Below are positions 53,334 through 63,910 of a stretch of DNA of 64,000 nucleotides, piece after piece. The notes under the pieces were generated by a model that worked only from the letters and a program-made list of their open reading frames with translations, did not search any database and had not been told where the DNA came from. Within the stretch, counting starts at the first letter, position 1. Each line of letters begins with the position of its first letter. Origin of the DNA: an uncultured Verrucomicrobiae bacterium. Its GTDB lineage: Bacteria; Verrucomicrobiota; Verrucomicrobiia; Palsa-1439. Where the stretch lies: positions 819,438-883,437 of the forward strand of contig CAWEWF010000014.1 in assembly GCA_963812605.1 (NCBI GenBank), read 5' to 3'. A program made the translations under genes and the position numbers.

Positions 53334-54650
53334 TTATTTTGCGGCGGCCAGGCCGGTTACCTCGGCGTTGTCCGTGATGACGGGAGCGCCTTGCTGGGCG
53401 GTGATCTGGACGTTCTTGAATTGAATGCCCTTGGCGTTTTGAATCTTCAGGCCGGTGGTGGCGGAGGTGATTTGCACATTTTCCAGCGTGACGTCGGAAA
53501 TCAGGCTTTCGGGCAAACCGATGATGATGCCCGCCGCCCGTTGGCAGGTCGCGGTCAGGTTGCTGATGTGGATGTTCCGGTAAATCGGCGTCCCGGCGGC
53601 GATGGGCTGGGCCGTATCCTTGGCCGGCTCGGTTTTTTGCTTGGCGTCCCCGGCGGAGTTGAACATGTAATAGCTGGTCAGGGTGATGGCTGGATCGACA
53701 TTCTTCATGGTGATGTCGCTGTAGCTGATGTTCTCCACGATGCCGCCCCTGCCCCGCTGGGATTTGATGCGAATCCCGTTCTCGGTATTCTCAAACGTGC
53801 AGTTCCGCACCGTCACGTTCCGCACGCCGCCGGCGGTTTCACTGCCGATCGACATTCCGTGTCCGTGCAGGAAAACGCAGTCGGTGACGGTGATATTATC
53901 GCAAGCGAAGGGCCGTTCTGCCATGGCCCTGCCGGCCTTGATGGCGATGTTGTCGTCACCCACATCGATGCGGCACTTGGTGATGAGCACGTTTCGGCAG
54001 GCACTGGGATCAATCGCGTCGGTATTCGCCGCATGGACGGGAGCCAGGACGGTCACGTTCGAGATAATCACGCCATCACAATCCGTGGGCACGAGATGGA
54101 ACTTCGGCGAGTTTTGCAGGGTAATGTTTTCGACGCGCAAATTGGTGCAGCCCGTCAGCACGACCAGATTCGGACGGGGCAGCGTATAGCCCGGTGTCTT
54201 TTGCCGGGCGGCCTCGGCGGGGATCCACCACTTCGCGCCCGAACCGTCAATGATTCCCTGGCCGGTGATGGTAACGTCGTGAAGGTTCTTTCCACTGACG
54301 AGCGGGATAAAAGTGTTTGATTTGCTTCCGGCAAAATCGGCGGGATCATCCGTCGCCAACAGCGTTGCGCCGGCATCCAGTTGCACGGTGGTATTGCTGC
54401 TGCGCAAAACGATCGGCTTGCTCAGGTAGGTGCCGGCGGGAAATCGCACGGTGCCGCCACCGGCCTTCCCGCATTCATCGAGCGCCTTTTGGATTGCTTC
54501 GGTATCCAACGTCTTGCCATCACCCTTCGCACCCGACACTTTAACGTCGAATACGCGCGATGCTGGGCCATCTGCCCCGCTGGCATCGATGAACAACAAC
54601 GGCAATAGCCCCAGCACCATCAGGAATGTATATTTACGGTTCCAATTCAT
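53334..54650 (-). CDS. Glycoside hydrolase family 28 (polygalacturonase-like)
   Basis: NTDAID, GDDNIAIK, HGHGMSIGSE, GIRIKS. Confidence 0.93.
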   Translation of the reverse strand: MNWNRKYTFLMVLGLLPLLFIDASGADGPASRVFDVKVSGAKGDGKTLDTEAIQKALDECGKAGGGTVRFPAGTYLSKPIVLRSSNTTVQLDAGATLLATDDPADFAGSKSNTFIPLVSGKNLHDVTITGQGIIDGSGAKWWIPAEAARQKTPGYTLPRPNLVVLTGCTNLRVENITLQNSPKFHLVPTDCDGVIISNVTVLAPVHAANTDAIDPSACRNVLITKCRIDVGDDNIAIKAGRAMAERPFACDNITVTDCVFLHGHGMSIGSETAGGVRNVTVRNCTFENTENGIRIKSQRGRGGIVENISYSDITMKNVDPAITLTSYYMFNSAGDAKQKTEPAKDTAQPIAAGTPIYRNIHISNLTATCQRAAGIIIGLPESLISDVTLENVQITSATTGLKIQNAKGIQFKNVQITAQQGAPVITDNAEVTGLAAAK

Positions 54651-54679
54651 TGGCAGCTCCTTATTTTATTATTTCCTCG

Positions 54680-55984
54680 TCACGGCAGCGACAGCCTGGC
54701 AATGGGAAGAGTGGCGGCGGCCTCCGAGGCAACGATGGAACCGCCTTGTAGATCAACGCCCGACACCTCGCCCGGATTCCTACCGGAAGCCCCGAATACC
54801 AACGTATCAGTTCCGCTGCCGTTTGCATAATCGGCGAATTCACCGGATTTTAGAACGAGCCGCGGTTTGCCTTTCACCGTGACACTCTCGCTGAAGAGAA
54901 CATCAACCCGGCCATTCTGTTGCGTGATTTTCTTGATCGTCGGGCCGGCGCGGCGTTCAGGATCCCATTTTCCCGCGAACGTCCAGGCCGCCGTAATTTG
55001 TTCGGGTGTGGGCCCGTTGGTCACCGACGAAAGGTTGTCCTGATGCCACGCGTAATCGCCGCCATCGCGATGGCAATTGTAAAAGTAGGCGCGTTCACCC
55101 CAAATATTGCTGGCGTCTAAATCGTGATTTCTCTTTTTGTCCGCCTCGCTCGGTTCGCCGTGGTTGAGCGGATAAACAACGCGCAACGGCGGTCGATTAC
55201 TCAGCGTTTTCGAAAAGTTGCAGTCCAGCAGAAAAAACTGGGCGTCATGATGATGACGGGCCAGGATCCAACTCGGCACATCCCCTGCCCCGTCGAACCG
55301 GCAGTTGCGCAGAACGAACTTCATGTCCGCATCCTTGCTGCCGTCATGCCAGATGGTCGCGTCCGCCTTCGGGTTGACCTGATGGAGCGTGCAGTCGGTC
55401 ATATAGCACCAGCCGCGTGGGCACACGAAGTCCACCGACCCGCGAATGTCGAGCCGCGCCTGGTACGAGCGGGTGCTCAACCCCTTGCCCAATGCCAGCG
55501 TATCGGCCCCAGCACTCCACACATTGCAGTCCACGATCACCGTCTTGTCCGCCTGGCCGAAAACGGCAAAGGCATGCGGGCCAATGACGCCATCCGTGTT
55601 CTGGACCGTCAGATTCTCCAAAACGAAATCGCTGCCGTTGATGTTCACGACTGCGCGCCCAATATTGTCGGGATGGTTGGTAAAACTGTCGTTTCCCTGC
55701 GGAAATTCGATGCGAGTGCCCAGGCGGCTTTGTCCGCAAAGGGTAATGTAATCGGGATCAATTCGCACTTTCTCGTGGTACTGGCCGTCCCTGATGAAAA
55801 TAATCAGCCGCTGATGATTGGCTTGCGGGACAGCGTTGATCGCCTCCTGGATCGTCTTGAAATCTCCGCTGCCATCGCTCGCGACCACCATGTCGGGCTT
55901 GATGGCTGGCGCAGTCTTGTCATCGGCGCGGGTAAACCGGACGGAGACCAGGGCAATTACCAGGAACGCAAAAGCGGATTTCAT
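54680..55984 (-). CDS. Pectin methylesterase family (CE8) protein
   Basis: VASDGSGDFKTIQEAI, GQYHEKV, GADTL, GSVDFVCPRG; ATG 55984 overlaps the upstream stop. Confidence 0.85.
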   Translation of the reverse strand: MKSAFAFLVIALVSVRFTRADDKTAPAIKPDMVVASDGSGDFKTIQEAINAVPQANHQRLIIFIRDGQYHEKVRIDPDYITLCGQSRLGTRIEFPQGNDSFTNHPDNIGRAVVNINGSDFVLENLTVQNTDGVIGPHAFAVFGQADKTVIVDCNVWSAGADTLALGKGLSTRSYQARLDIRGSVDFVCPRGWCYMTDCTLHQVNPKADATIWHDGSKDADMKFVLRNCRFDGAGDVPSWILARHHHDAQFFLLDCNFSKTLSNRPPLRVVYPLNHGEPSEADKKRNHDLDASNIWGERAYFYNCHRDGGDYAWHQDNLSSVTNGPTPEQITAAWTFAGKWDPERRAGPTIKKITQQNGRVDVLFSESVTVKGKPRLVLKSGEFADYANGSGTDTLVFGASGRNPGEVSGVDLQGGSIVASEAAATLPIARLSLP

Positions 55985-56967
55985 TTGTCGGTCTTCGGAT
56001 TCCAACCGTCCGCGCCAGCGAGAACCTTTTGCACGGTGTAATTCTCCGCTTCGGTTTTGGTCAATTGATGTGACCACGGGACGCGCGCCTCTGGATTCGC
56101 ACCGGGGCCCGTGCTGTTGAACTCGGCATAGCGCACGGTCTTTTCGCGGGCCGGATCATTCCAATTGTGCCACCCAACGTTGGTCACCACGCCGGACATC
56201 TCTGTGTTGAGGAATATCGCACTGGAATACGCCCGCCAGGGCCGCCCCAGGTAGGTTTTCACCCCGGGTTCCCCGGTGATCTTGCAATGCGAGAAGACAA
56301 ACCCGAACGGCTGTTCCTCCGGCGTCGATGCGGCGGTGATGTAGCCATTCGTCAAACAATGGATGTGACAGTTCTCGAAGAACGTGGTGGCGCCGCCAAA
56401 AATAAAATCAACATTGCCCGCAATGTAGCAGTTCTCAAAATACTGGCGTCCACGGTTTACGAGGATCGTGTCGTGCCAGCCGAGGAAGCGGCAGTTGCGA
56501 AACACCAGGCGATCACCGTCGATGCGTATCGCCAGCGCCTGGCCGACCAGCCCGGCGGCGTTCTCGAAAGTGATATTCTCCACCGTAAAATCATCCGCAT
56601 CGATCACCGCTGTCGGTGTGCGGTAGGTGGTCATGGGTCGGCCGTCGAACCCGGGCATCCTGGCGCTCAAGCTATAGGTGATCACCGTCTTCTCGGCATC
56701 GTCCCCGATGAGATGGACATATCGTTTCTCATGTTGCACGTAAATCAATTCCTTGTGCACCCCGGGCTTCACGTGAACGAAGCAGGGATTGGCGCGACTG
56801 GCATTCTGCGGCGTGGCGTTGATCGCGTCCTGGACCGTCTTGAACTCGTTGCTGCCGATTGTTGCGGCGACCAGATTCGTTTGCGCCACCGCTTTGTCGA
56901 CTAATAAGAGCAAGCACAACACGGAGATCACTGCGGTCCGTGCCGAAAATAAAGATCTTCTCACCAT
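55981..56967 (-). CDS. Pectinesterase (CE8)
   Basis: GQALAIRIDGD, GWHDT, GNVDFIFG, YLGRPW, YAEFNSTGPGA; GAGGAGG SD before 56967. Confidence 0.93.
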   Translation of the reverse strand: MVRRSLFSARTAVISVLCLLLLVDKAVAQTNLVAATIGSNEFKTVQDAINATPQNASRANPCFVHVKPGVHKELIYVQHEKRYVHLIGDDAEKTVITYSLSARMPGFDGRPMTTYRTPTAVIDADDFTVENITFENAAGLVGQALAIRIDGDRLVFRNCRFLGWHDTILVNRGRQYFENCYIAGNVDFIFGGATTFFENCHIHCLTNGYITAASTPEEQPFGFVFSHCKITGEPGVKTYLGRPWRAYSSAIFLNTEMSGVVTNVGWHNWNDPAREKTVRYAEFNSTGPGANPEARVPWSHQLTKTEAENYTVQKVLAGADGWNPKTDK

Positions 56968-56984
56968 CGCCTCCTCTTCCGTCG

Positions 56985-58589
56985 TCAATCAGCCGAACTG
57001 TTGCCCTTGACCTTTTCCATCGTTGTCTTGGCAGCCTTTAAATTGTTGCCTTCCAGCGTAACCTCATCGGCGGAACCCTCGCTCACGCGTAGAAATGTTT
57101 CCGTTTCCGGCGCAGCCGTACAGCCATGGACAAACACACTTTTGACTTTACTCAGATCAATGACCGGTGTTCCCGGGTGCGGCTTGGCGGTCCTGACCCC
57201 GTCGATCTCCAGTCCGTCGGTGGTCGAAGCCGTGAGGATCGGCCCGCTCTCGGTATTAATGGTGACATTGTGAAATTCGATGCCCTTGGCGTCCTTCACT
57301 GTGAAACCGGTTTTGGCATCGAGCTGGATGTCGTCGAATGTAATATTCTCCATCGGCATCTCTTCCAAACCGGTCACTTCGCCGGCAGCCTTCGCATCGC
57401 CGGTGATGCCGCTGAAATGAATGTTGCGAAAGATGGGGGTACGCTCCGAGACCGGCTCCGGTGTTGTCTTCGTATAAAACGTGGTCAGCAACAGCGCTTC
57501 TTTGGGAATATTGCGCATCACAAGATTACTGATGCGCACGTCCTCAATCACGCCGCCACGACCACGGGTGGATTTGATGCGGATCCCGTAATCGGGGCCA
57601 TCAAAGACGCAATTGGCAATCGTCAGGTTTTTGACGCCCCCGGACATTTCGCTACCGATGGACAGGCCGTGACCGTGAAGGAGTGTGCAATTGACAATCG
57701 TGCAATTTTCCAGCGGCCGCCCAGCGCGCCGGCCATTGGCATCGCGTCCAGATTTGAGGGTGATGCAATCGTCCCCCACGCTGATGCAACAATCCGAGAT
57801 GCGAATGTTGCGGCAGGAATCAGGGTTGATGCCATCCGTGTTGGGCGACGTTGCGGGACTGATGATCGTGACGCCACGGACGTTGACATCCTCGCAAAAC
57901 ACCGGCGTGACGTTCCAAAATGGCGAGTTCCGGATCGTAACGCCCTCGACCAATACGTTACTGCATTCATTCGGCTGAATGAACGGCGGCCGCAGAAAAC
58001 CAATATCGAGCAACCGATATTCGGTCTCCACGATGGTGTCCGCATTCAGACGACCGAACTCTTCCTGCCATTTCGTGCGCGGCACCGCATTGGTTCCCCG
58101 GGAAAGTTTGCGGTAGAAGTCCCACCATGCCTGCCCCTGTCCGTCGAGCGTGCCCCGCCCGACAATCGCGATGTTCTGCGCCTTGTAGGCATAGATCAAC
58201 GGCGAGAAATTCGTCACGATAATGCCTTCCCAGCGCGACAGCACCATCGGCAGATAATCGTCGAAATTGGTGCTGAACTTCAGCGTCGCGCCCGCATCGA
58301 CGTACAAGGTGATGTGGCTCTGGAGATGGATCGGCCCGGTCAGGTACGTGCCGGCGGGAAAATACACCGTCCCGCCGCCTTTGGCGGAGGCTGCGTCGAT
58401 GGCTTTACCAATTGCCTCGGTGCATTTCGCCTGCCCATCGGGCGATGCGCCAAAATTCAGGACATTGAAGAATCCGTCCGTTGGTGTGGTTTGCGCCGTT
58501 GCCATGGGCACGAAGACAACGCCAAAAACCATCAGTAGCATCGCAACGATGTGGGACGGATCAAGTGCTGTGGCAAGTTTCATATTCAT
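56985..58589 (-). CDS. Glycoside hydrolase family 28
   Basis: PNTDGINPDSC, GDDCITLKSG, GHGLSIGSEMSGG, GIRIKS; AAGGAGG SD. Confidence 0.93.
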   Translation of the reverse strand: MNMKLATALDPSHIVAMLLMVFGVVFVPMATAQTTPTDGFFNVLNFGASPDGQAKCTEAIGKAIDAASAKGGGTVYFPAGTYLTGPIHLQSHITLYVDAGATLKFSTNFDDYLPMVLSRWEGIIVTNFSPLIYAYKAQNIAIVGRGTLDGQGQAWWDFYRKLSRGTNAVPRTKWQEEFGRLNADTIVETEYRLLDIGFLRPPFIQPNECSNVLVEGVTIRNSPFWNVTPVFCEDVNVRGVTIISPATSPNTDGINPDSCRNIRISDCCISVGDDCITLKSGRDANGRRAGRPLENCTIVNCTLLHGHGLSIGSEMSGGVKNLTIANCVFDGPDYGIRIKSTRGRGGVIEDVRISNLVMRNIPKEALLLTTFYTKTTPEPVSERTPIFRNIHFSGITGDAKAAGEVTGLEEMPMENITFDDIQLDAKTGFTVKDAKGIEFHNVTINTESGPILTASTTDGLEIDGVRTAKPHPGTPVIDLSKVKSVFVHGCTAAPETETFLRVSEGSADEVTLEGNNLKAAKTTMEKVKGNSSAD

Positions 58590-58620
58590 CGAACTGTTAG
58601 CCTCCTCCTTCCTGTCGCTT

Positions 58621-60920
58621 TTATGGCACAAGACGGATCCGATAAAAGCGGGAAGGAATATTTGTCGCGCCGTTGGAATCCACATAATTGGTCGTCGCAT
58701 CCCCGCTGCCGGAGATGATTATCGGGCCGCTGATATCCGTGAAGTTGGTGGTGTAGCCGCCGTTCCCGCCGCCAGCCGTCGCTTGCACGGCATTGGTAAA
58801 TCCGCCACTCGTCGTCCACGTGATGACCACATCGTTGCTCTGCCGCACCGCGGAGACAATCCTCAATCCGGAAGCGCTATTTGTCGGATTCGTGCCCGAG
58901 AGGAACTCGGCCAGGTTGTTCTGGCCATCGCCATCGGGATCCGCGTTGGGATCGGCGTTGGCATTGGTGGTCGAACCGAAGTACAGGATCTGCCATTGCT
59001 GGAACGGCGTCAGCGGCGGCGTGACGACCAAATTGACCTGCCCGGGCGTGCTCGTGTCGATCGCGTAATTGTGGCCCGCTGGCGCGGTGCCGATGACGGC
59101 ACCGTTATAGGTCAAAGTGCCGCCGTAAGTGAACAATGTGTACGTATTGTTGGTGAACCCCCCGGCGTCGGTGACATTGAGCGTGCCTCCCAAAGTCAGG
59201 TTGCCGCCCACAACTGTCAAATCGTTGTTCGTGCCCAACTCGTATTGCAGCACCGCGCTGCTATTGATAACCACATTGTTGCTGACCGTCAACGTGCCGG
59301 GACTATTGCCGGGCGCCAGTGTTCCGTTTACGGTCACCGGACCGACGATCGTGCCGCCACCCCCCAGCGCTGCGCCACTGACAACGGTGACCGCGCCAAC
59401 ACCCGTGCCGCTACCGGTGGTGTTGTTGACCAGCAGCGTGCCACTGTTGGAGACAACGAGCGGCCCGTTGAAGCCCGAGTTGTCGCTCCGCAATGTCAGC
59501 CGACTATTCGCTGGCAGGTTAAGCGTCAGCGGGCCGGAGCCGCCGAGCACGCCATTGAACGCGTTGCTACCACCGGTAACTGCCAGCGTACTGGCCGATA
59601 CCGCGTTGAGGCCGTTGGAGAAAACCACAGAGGTCTGTGTAAAGGCCAGGGTGCTGCCATCCAGCGTGATGGTACCGGCACCGAGCATGTTCGTATCGGT
59701 GACGGCGGCCTGTGTGTTGACAAAAGTCAGCACGTTATTGGTCAGCGGCACCGCCAATCCGCCCAAAGTCACCAAATTCGTATTCGCCACAGTATTCGTG
59801 ACCGTGACTTCGGCGTTGAAGAGTGTCAACGTGTTGGTGCTGGTGGGCGCTGTCAGTTGTGAGTCGATAATCCGGATCGCCTGGGCATTATAAATGTCAA
59901 AGGTGGTCGCTGGCGTCGAGAGGTTCACACCGACCAGTGTCACATTGGAAACGAGCATTTCCTGCCGGCCCCAGATGATTCCCCCGGCGCCGCCTCCCGT
60001 CGACGCGGTTGCCGTCACATTGCTGATGAGAATGTTGCACCAAATCGGAGTCAGGTCGACGACCGGCTGGGCTGCATCCGCGGCGGCGGTTTTCGGAGTG
60101 ATGACGTTGGGCGTCCCGACGGTGTCATAGAAACTGTAGATGGCTATCGGGTAACCGACATTGGTCATGGTGATGTCGCGATAGACGAGATTCTGCACCA
60201 AACCGCCCAGGTCCCGATCCGATTTCATGCGGATACCGTAGTCCGTGCCATTGAATGTGCAGTTGCTTACCAGCAGATCATGCACCCCGCCCTGGATGTT
60301 GCTGCCAATCGACACGCCGTGGCCGACGCCAAACGTGCAATTGGAAACGGTGATGTCCGCCGCCGGTCCACCGCTGCCGCCAATCTCGATATTGTCGTCT
60401 CCATCGCTAATGGAGCAATTCTGGACGAGCACATTGGTCGAGGCCAGGTCCATTCCATCGGTGTTTGGCGAGGCGCCGGGCGTGTTGATCGTGAGGTTCT
60501 GGATCGTCACGCTCACGTTATTGCCTTTCAGCATGAGATGAAACGCCGGCGGATTCTGCAACGTCAGGCCCTGAATCAGGATCCGGGTGCAGGCGCCGTC
60601 GAAGTGAATGAAATCCGGGCGGTGCGCCGTATCGAGATTCGGCCACCAGTTTCCGCTGCCAAAACCCGCATTGCCATCGATAGTACCCGACCCGCTGATT
60701 TCAATATCGTGAAGGCCGGAACCAGAGATGAAGGGAGGCAGCGTGCCGGGCCAACTGGCCCGCGGGAGCATCTTCAGCGTCGCGCCGGCGTTGACCTGCA
60801 AATTGATGTTATTGGCCAGCGTAATTGGTCCACTCAGGTAGTTGCTTAAATTGCCGCTGACCGGCACCACGACGATCCCGCCGCCCGCTGCGGCGGCGTT
60901 GCTGATGGTATTCTGAATGG
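58621..60920 (-). pseudogene. GH28 plus autotransporter-strand plus C-terminal domain protein, 5' end cut off by transposon insertion
   Basis: NTDGMD, GDDNI, GHGVSIGS, GIRMKS; the frame starts mid-motif (..IQNTISNAAAAGGG) exactly at the TGTAG element end. Confidence 0.8.
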
Positions 60921-60951
60921 TGTAGGGACAACCTATTTATGAGACCAGTTT

Positions 60952-61995
60952 TCATGGGAACTGGGTAACACTTTTGGGTTCTGAGATCGTAATGATCCCT
61001 TGTTGTTGTAACCAGGTTTCCACTGCTCGACGCCACGCGGCGTCGGCGTATCCCTGGGTGCGAACGGGCTGGTCCAGCATGATCTTCATGGCCAATTCGC
61101 TGATCTGCTCAAACATTTCCTTTCTCCCGCGGCGAGTATAGCCGCACAGGTTCCACTTTGCACTGGCAAACTGCTCGCAGGCCGTGACGCCTCGCAGACA
61201 GCGACGGGGCCGGTGATTGAGTTCATGGACGGTCAACGCGGCCAGAACAGCGACGTTGCCGGCCGGATGGGCCAGGAGCCGGGGACGCAACGCCCCTTTG
61301 AGTTCGCGCTGGGCGCGTTCGATGCCGCCGTTGTAGGGAGGGTAGTACGGCGGTGAGTTCAACGGGATCACCAGCCACCGGCTGAGCACGGCGTCAACGG
61401 CTTCGCTGTTGAGGTTGCTGCCGTTGTCGCGCTTGAGCACCAGCGGCGGGCCGTGCTGGGCGAACAACTCGTCTAGTCGAGCCGCGACCAATTCACCCGT
61501 GAGACGGTCGCTGACGAGCGGCGCGAACTTGTAGCGCGAAGCCAGGTCGAGCACCGGCAGCATGGGGAGTTTCTGCCGGGTTCCATCCCGCACGAGCACC
61601 ATCTCGGTGGGGTCCAACGACCAGATGGTGCCGGGCACTTGCCAGTGAACGCTTCGACGGTCGGCCTCGCGTTCCCGCAGGATCTGGCGGCGCGTTTCTT
61701 CCACCAACTCGTGGAAGCTGCGCCGCGAGATCTGCGAGCGATGTTCGGCATACAGCGCGGTCGTGCCGTGACTGCGATGGGGACCGTGTTCCAGCCGGCG
61801 CAACCGCGTTTGCAGGCCGGCCAAGTCCAAGGAGCCGACTGGCTTGGGGCCGGGCTTATGGAGCACCGGCACATCACGCGCCAGCCGCCCCTTCCAGCGC
61901 ATGAAGGTCGCGTAGGGCATCGTTGCCGCTGCACACAGCGGGCGGTACGATTGGACGGCTTGCGCGTGCAGTGTTTGCAGTTGGTTCACGATCAT
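60952..61995 (-). CDS. Second DDE (rve integrase core) transposase
   Basis: WSLD, VLDLASRY, KRDNGS, SPPYYPPYNGGIER, LNHRPRRCL; likely start ATG 61995 or frameshift fusion with the upstream HTH. Confidence 0.85.
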   Translation of the reverse strand: MIVNQLQTLHAQAVQSYRPLCAAATMPYATFMRWKGRLARDVPVLHKPGPKPVGSLDLAGLQTRLRRLEHGPHRSHGTTALYAEHRSQISRRSFHELVEETRRQILREREADRRSVHWQVPGTIWSLDPTEMVLVRDGTRQKLPMLPVLDLASRYKFAPLVSDRLTGELVAARLDELFAQHGPPLVLKRDNGSNLNSEAVDAVLSRWLVIPLNSPPYYPPYNGGIERAQRELKGALRPRLLAHPAGNVAVLAALTVHELNHRPRRCLRGVTACEQFASAKWNLCGYTRRGRKEMFEQISELAMKIMLDQPVRTQGYADAAWRRAVETWLQQQGIITISEPKSVTQFP

Positions 61996-62005
61996 GATGG
62001 CGCTC

Positions 62006-62348
62006 TCAGGAGTTTTTTTTAGTGCGCTCCAGTTCCGCCAGTTGCCGGCGAATCGCCAGCGTTTGCTCCAGCACCTGGACTTGCTCCTGCAACTGCTGCG
62101 TCTGTTGGTGGAGCGTTTCCTGCGCTGGATCGGTCGGCGTCGCCGGGCGGCCGCCCGCCCGGTCGCGCAGCGCCTCCACCAACGCCGCCAGCGCCCGCTT
62201 CTCCCACCGGTAATAGGTCTTGCGGGAGATGCCCAGTTGTTCCGCCGCCTCTTTGGCCGTGATCTGGCCGCTCTGCACTGCCACAATCAGCGCCGCCCGT
62301 TGCCGGGCCAGCGCCTCCTGCGGATTCGGGAGTTGGTTCGGATTCATG
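62006..62348 (-). CDS. Small HTH/coiled-coil protein (IS orfA-like)
   Basis: ITAKEAAEQLGISRKTYYRW, GGRP, Gln-rich coiled coil. Confidence 0.8.
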
Positions 62349-62374
62349 CTCCTCCGATTCGTCAAGCGCCGACG

Positions 62375-62730
62375 TTATTTTTCCTTGGACGGTGACGACG
62401 CTGGCGGCTCCGCCGGCAGCCGGGCCAGACGCTTCTCCAGTTTCGAGAGCTTGCCCTCCTGGGCCAGGCTCTGGCGCGCCAGCAGCCGCTCCAGTTTGCC
62501 CGTCAACGCCGGACCCAGTTGTTGTTCCGGGAGACAGCGCGGTTGCAACGCGTCCAGCATCCCGACCATCGCCCGATCCTGCCACTGAGCCAACAGCGTG
62601 CTGTTGATCCCCAGTTGCCGGCACACTTCCGCCGCCGGCGCCGCTCCGTCCACACTGAGAGCACCGCCTGCGCTCGTTGGTGGGCATTGTACACCTTCAG
62701 TTCCTTTTTGGGTTTGGTTTCTGTCGTCAT
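62375..62730 (-). CDS. Small HTH protein (one-base frameshift near 62633 as assembled)
   Basis: MTTETK..AQAVLSVWTERRR continuing in the next frame as AEVCRQLGINSTLLAQWQDRAM. Confidence 0.6.
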
Positions 62731-63910
62731 GGGGTTCTCCTTTCAGGTTATACGTGAGTTCTTGATTCAGTGAGGTCTCTTCGCCGTCGAGCCGCATCTT
62801 CACCTGGCCCTTCTCGGCGCGGATCACCACCGATTGCTGGCCCAGCCGGCCGACCATATAAAAGGGCTCTTGGGGTTGACCGCGCAATGCCAACTCCTGG
62901 ACGTTGTCGGCGATGCCGCGCTCAATCACGGCGCGCAGTTCCTTCGCGATGGCGAAGAACCGGTCGGCCGGGAACAGCCCATCCAACGACTGGTGCGGAC
63001 GTTTGTGGTTGTAGTATTTGACCCACAATCGTACCCGTTCACGGGCCTGCTCGAAGCTGTCAAACTGTGCCCGCACCAGGAAGTCCTCCCAGATCGTTTT
63101 CCAGAACCGCTCGATCTTGCCCAGCGTCATGGGGTGATGGGGAGAGCTGCGGATATGGTGGACGCGGTCTTTTTGTAGCTCTTGTTGAAACCGGGTCTTG
63201 CCACGCCACGTCGCATACTGCCGCCCGTTGTCGGTGAGCATTTCTTTGGGCACGCCGTACTCCGCTACCGCAGTGCGGTAGAGTTCCAGTACGTGCTCGG
63301 CGGTCTGGCTGCGGAACAGATCCAGCCCGACCAGGTAGCGCGAGTGGTCATCAATGAACCCGATCAGGTAGGCATTCTTGCCCCCCAATCGAAACGTGAA
63401 GATGTCGCTCTGCCACATCTGGTTGGGCGTGCTGCGCTCGAAGAACCGCGGTTTGGGTGGGTTCTTCGACACCTTCCTCTTCGTCTTGTGCATCAGCCGG
63501 TGCTGATGCAACGTCCGCCGCACCGTCTCGTGACTGCCCGGCAGAAACAACACCCGCCGCAGCACTTGGGCGATCTTCTTCACGCCGAAGTGGGGATGCT
63601 GTTGTTTCAACGCGGTGATCCGCGATTTGACTGCGGCCGCCACCTTGGGCGCGCCGGCTTTGCGTCCACCGATCAGTGGCTGTAGCCCGGCTTCCCCGTG
63701 CTGCTGGTAGCGATCAATCCACTTTGACAGCGTACTCTGGCCGACCCCGGCTTCACGGGCCACCAGTTCCAACGGGTAGCCTTCTTCCAGCCGCAGCTTG
63801 ACCGCCTTCAGTCGCAACTCGACGGGATAGGGCTGACTGCCGCGCCGCGCTGCCCCCCTCGGGGGGCAGGTCTTCCTCTTCTTGTCTTCTACCTTGTGAG
63901 TCCTCTTCAT
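62700..63910 (-). CDS. IS481-family-like DDE transposase (C-terminal end uncertain because of the nearby frameshift)
   Basis: N-terminal HTH YPVELRLKAV, RFFERSTPNQMWQSD, IDDHSRY, LTDNGRQY, GKIERFW, YNHKRPHQSL. Confidence 0.9.

Noticed and set aside
57126-59862. Long plus-strand ORFs (470 and 531 aa) and similar antisense ORFs elsewhere
   Set aside because: Shadow frames of GC-rich genes with clear motifs on the opposite strand.
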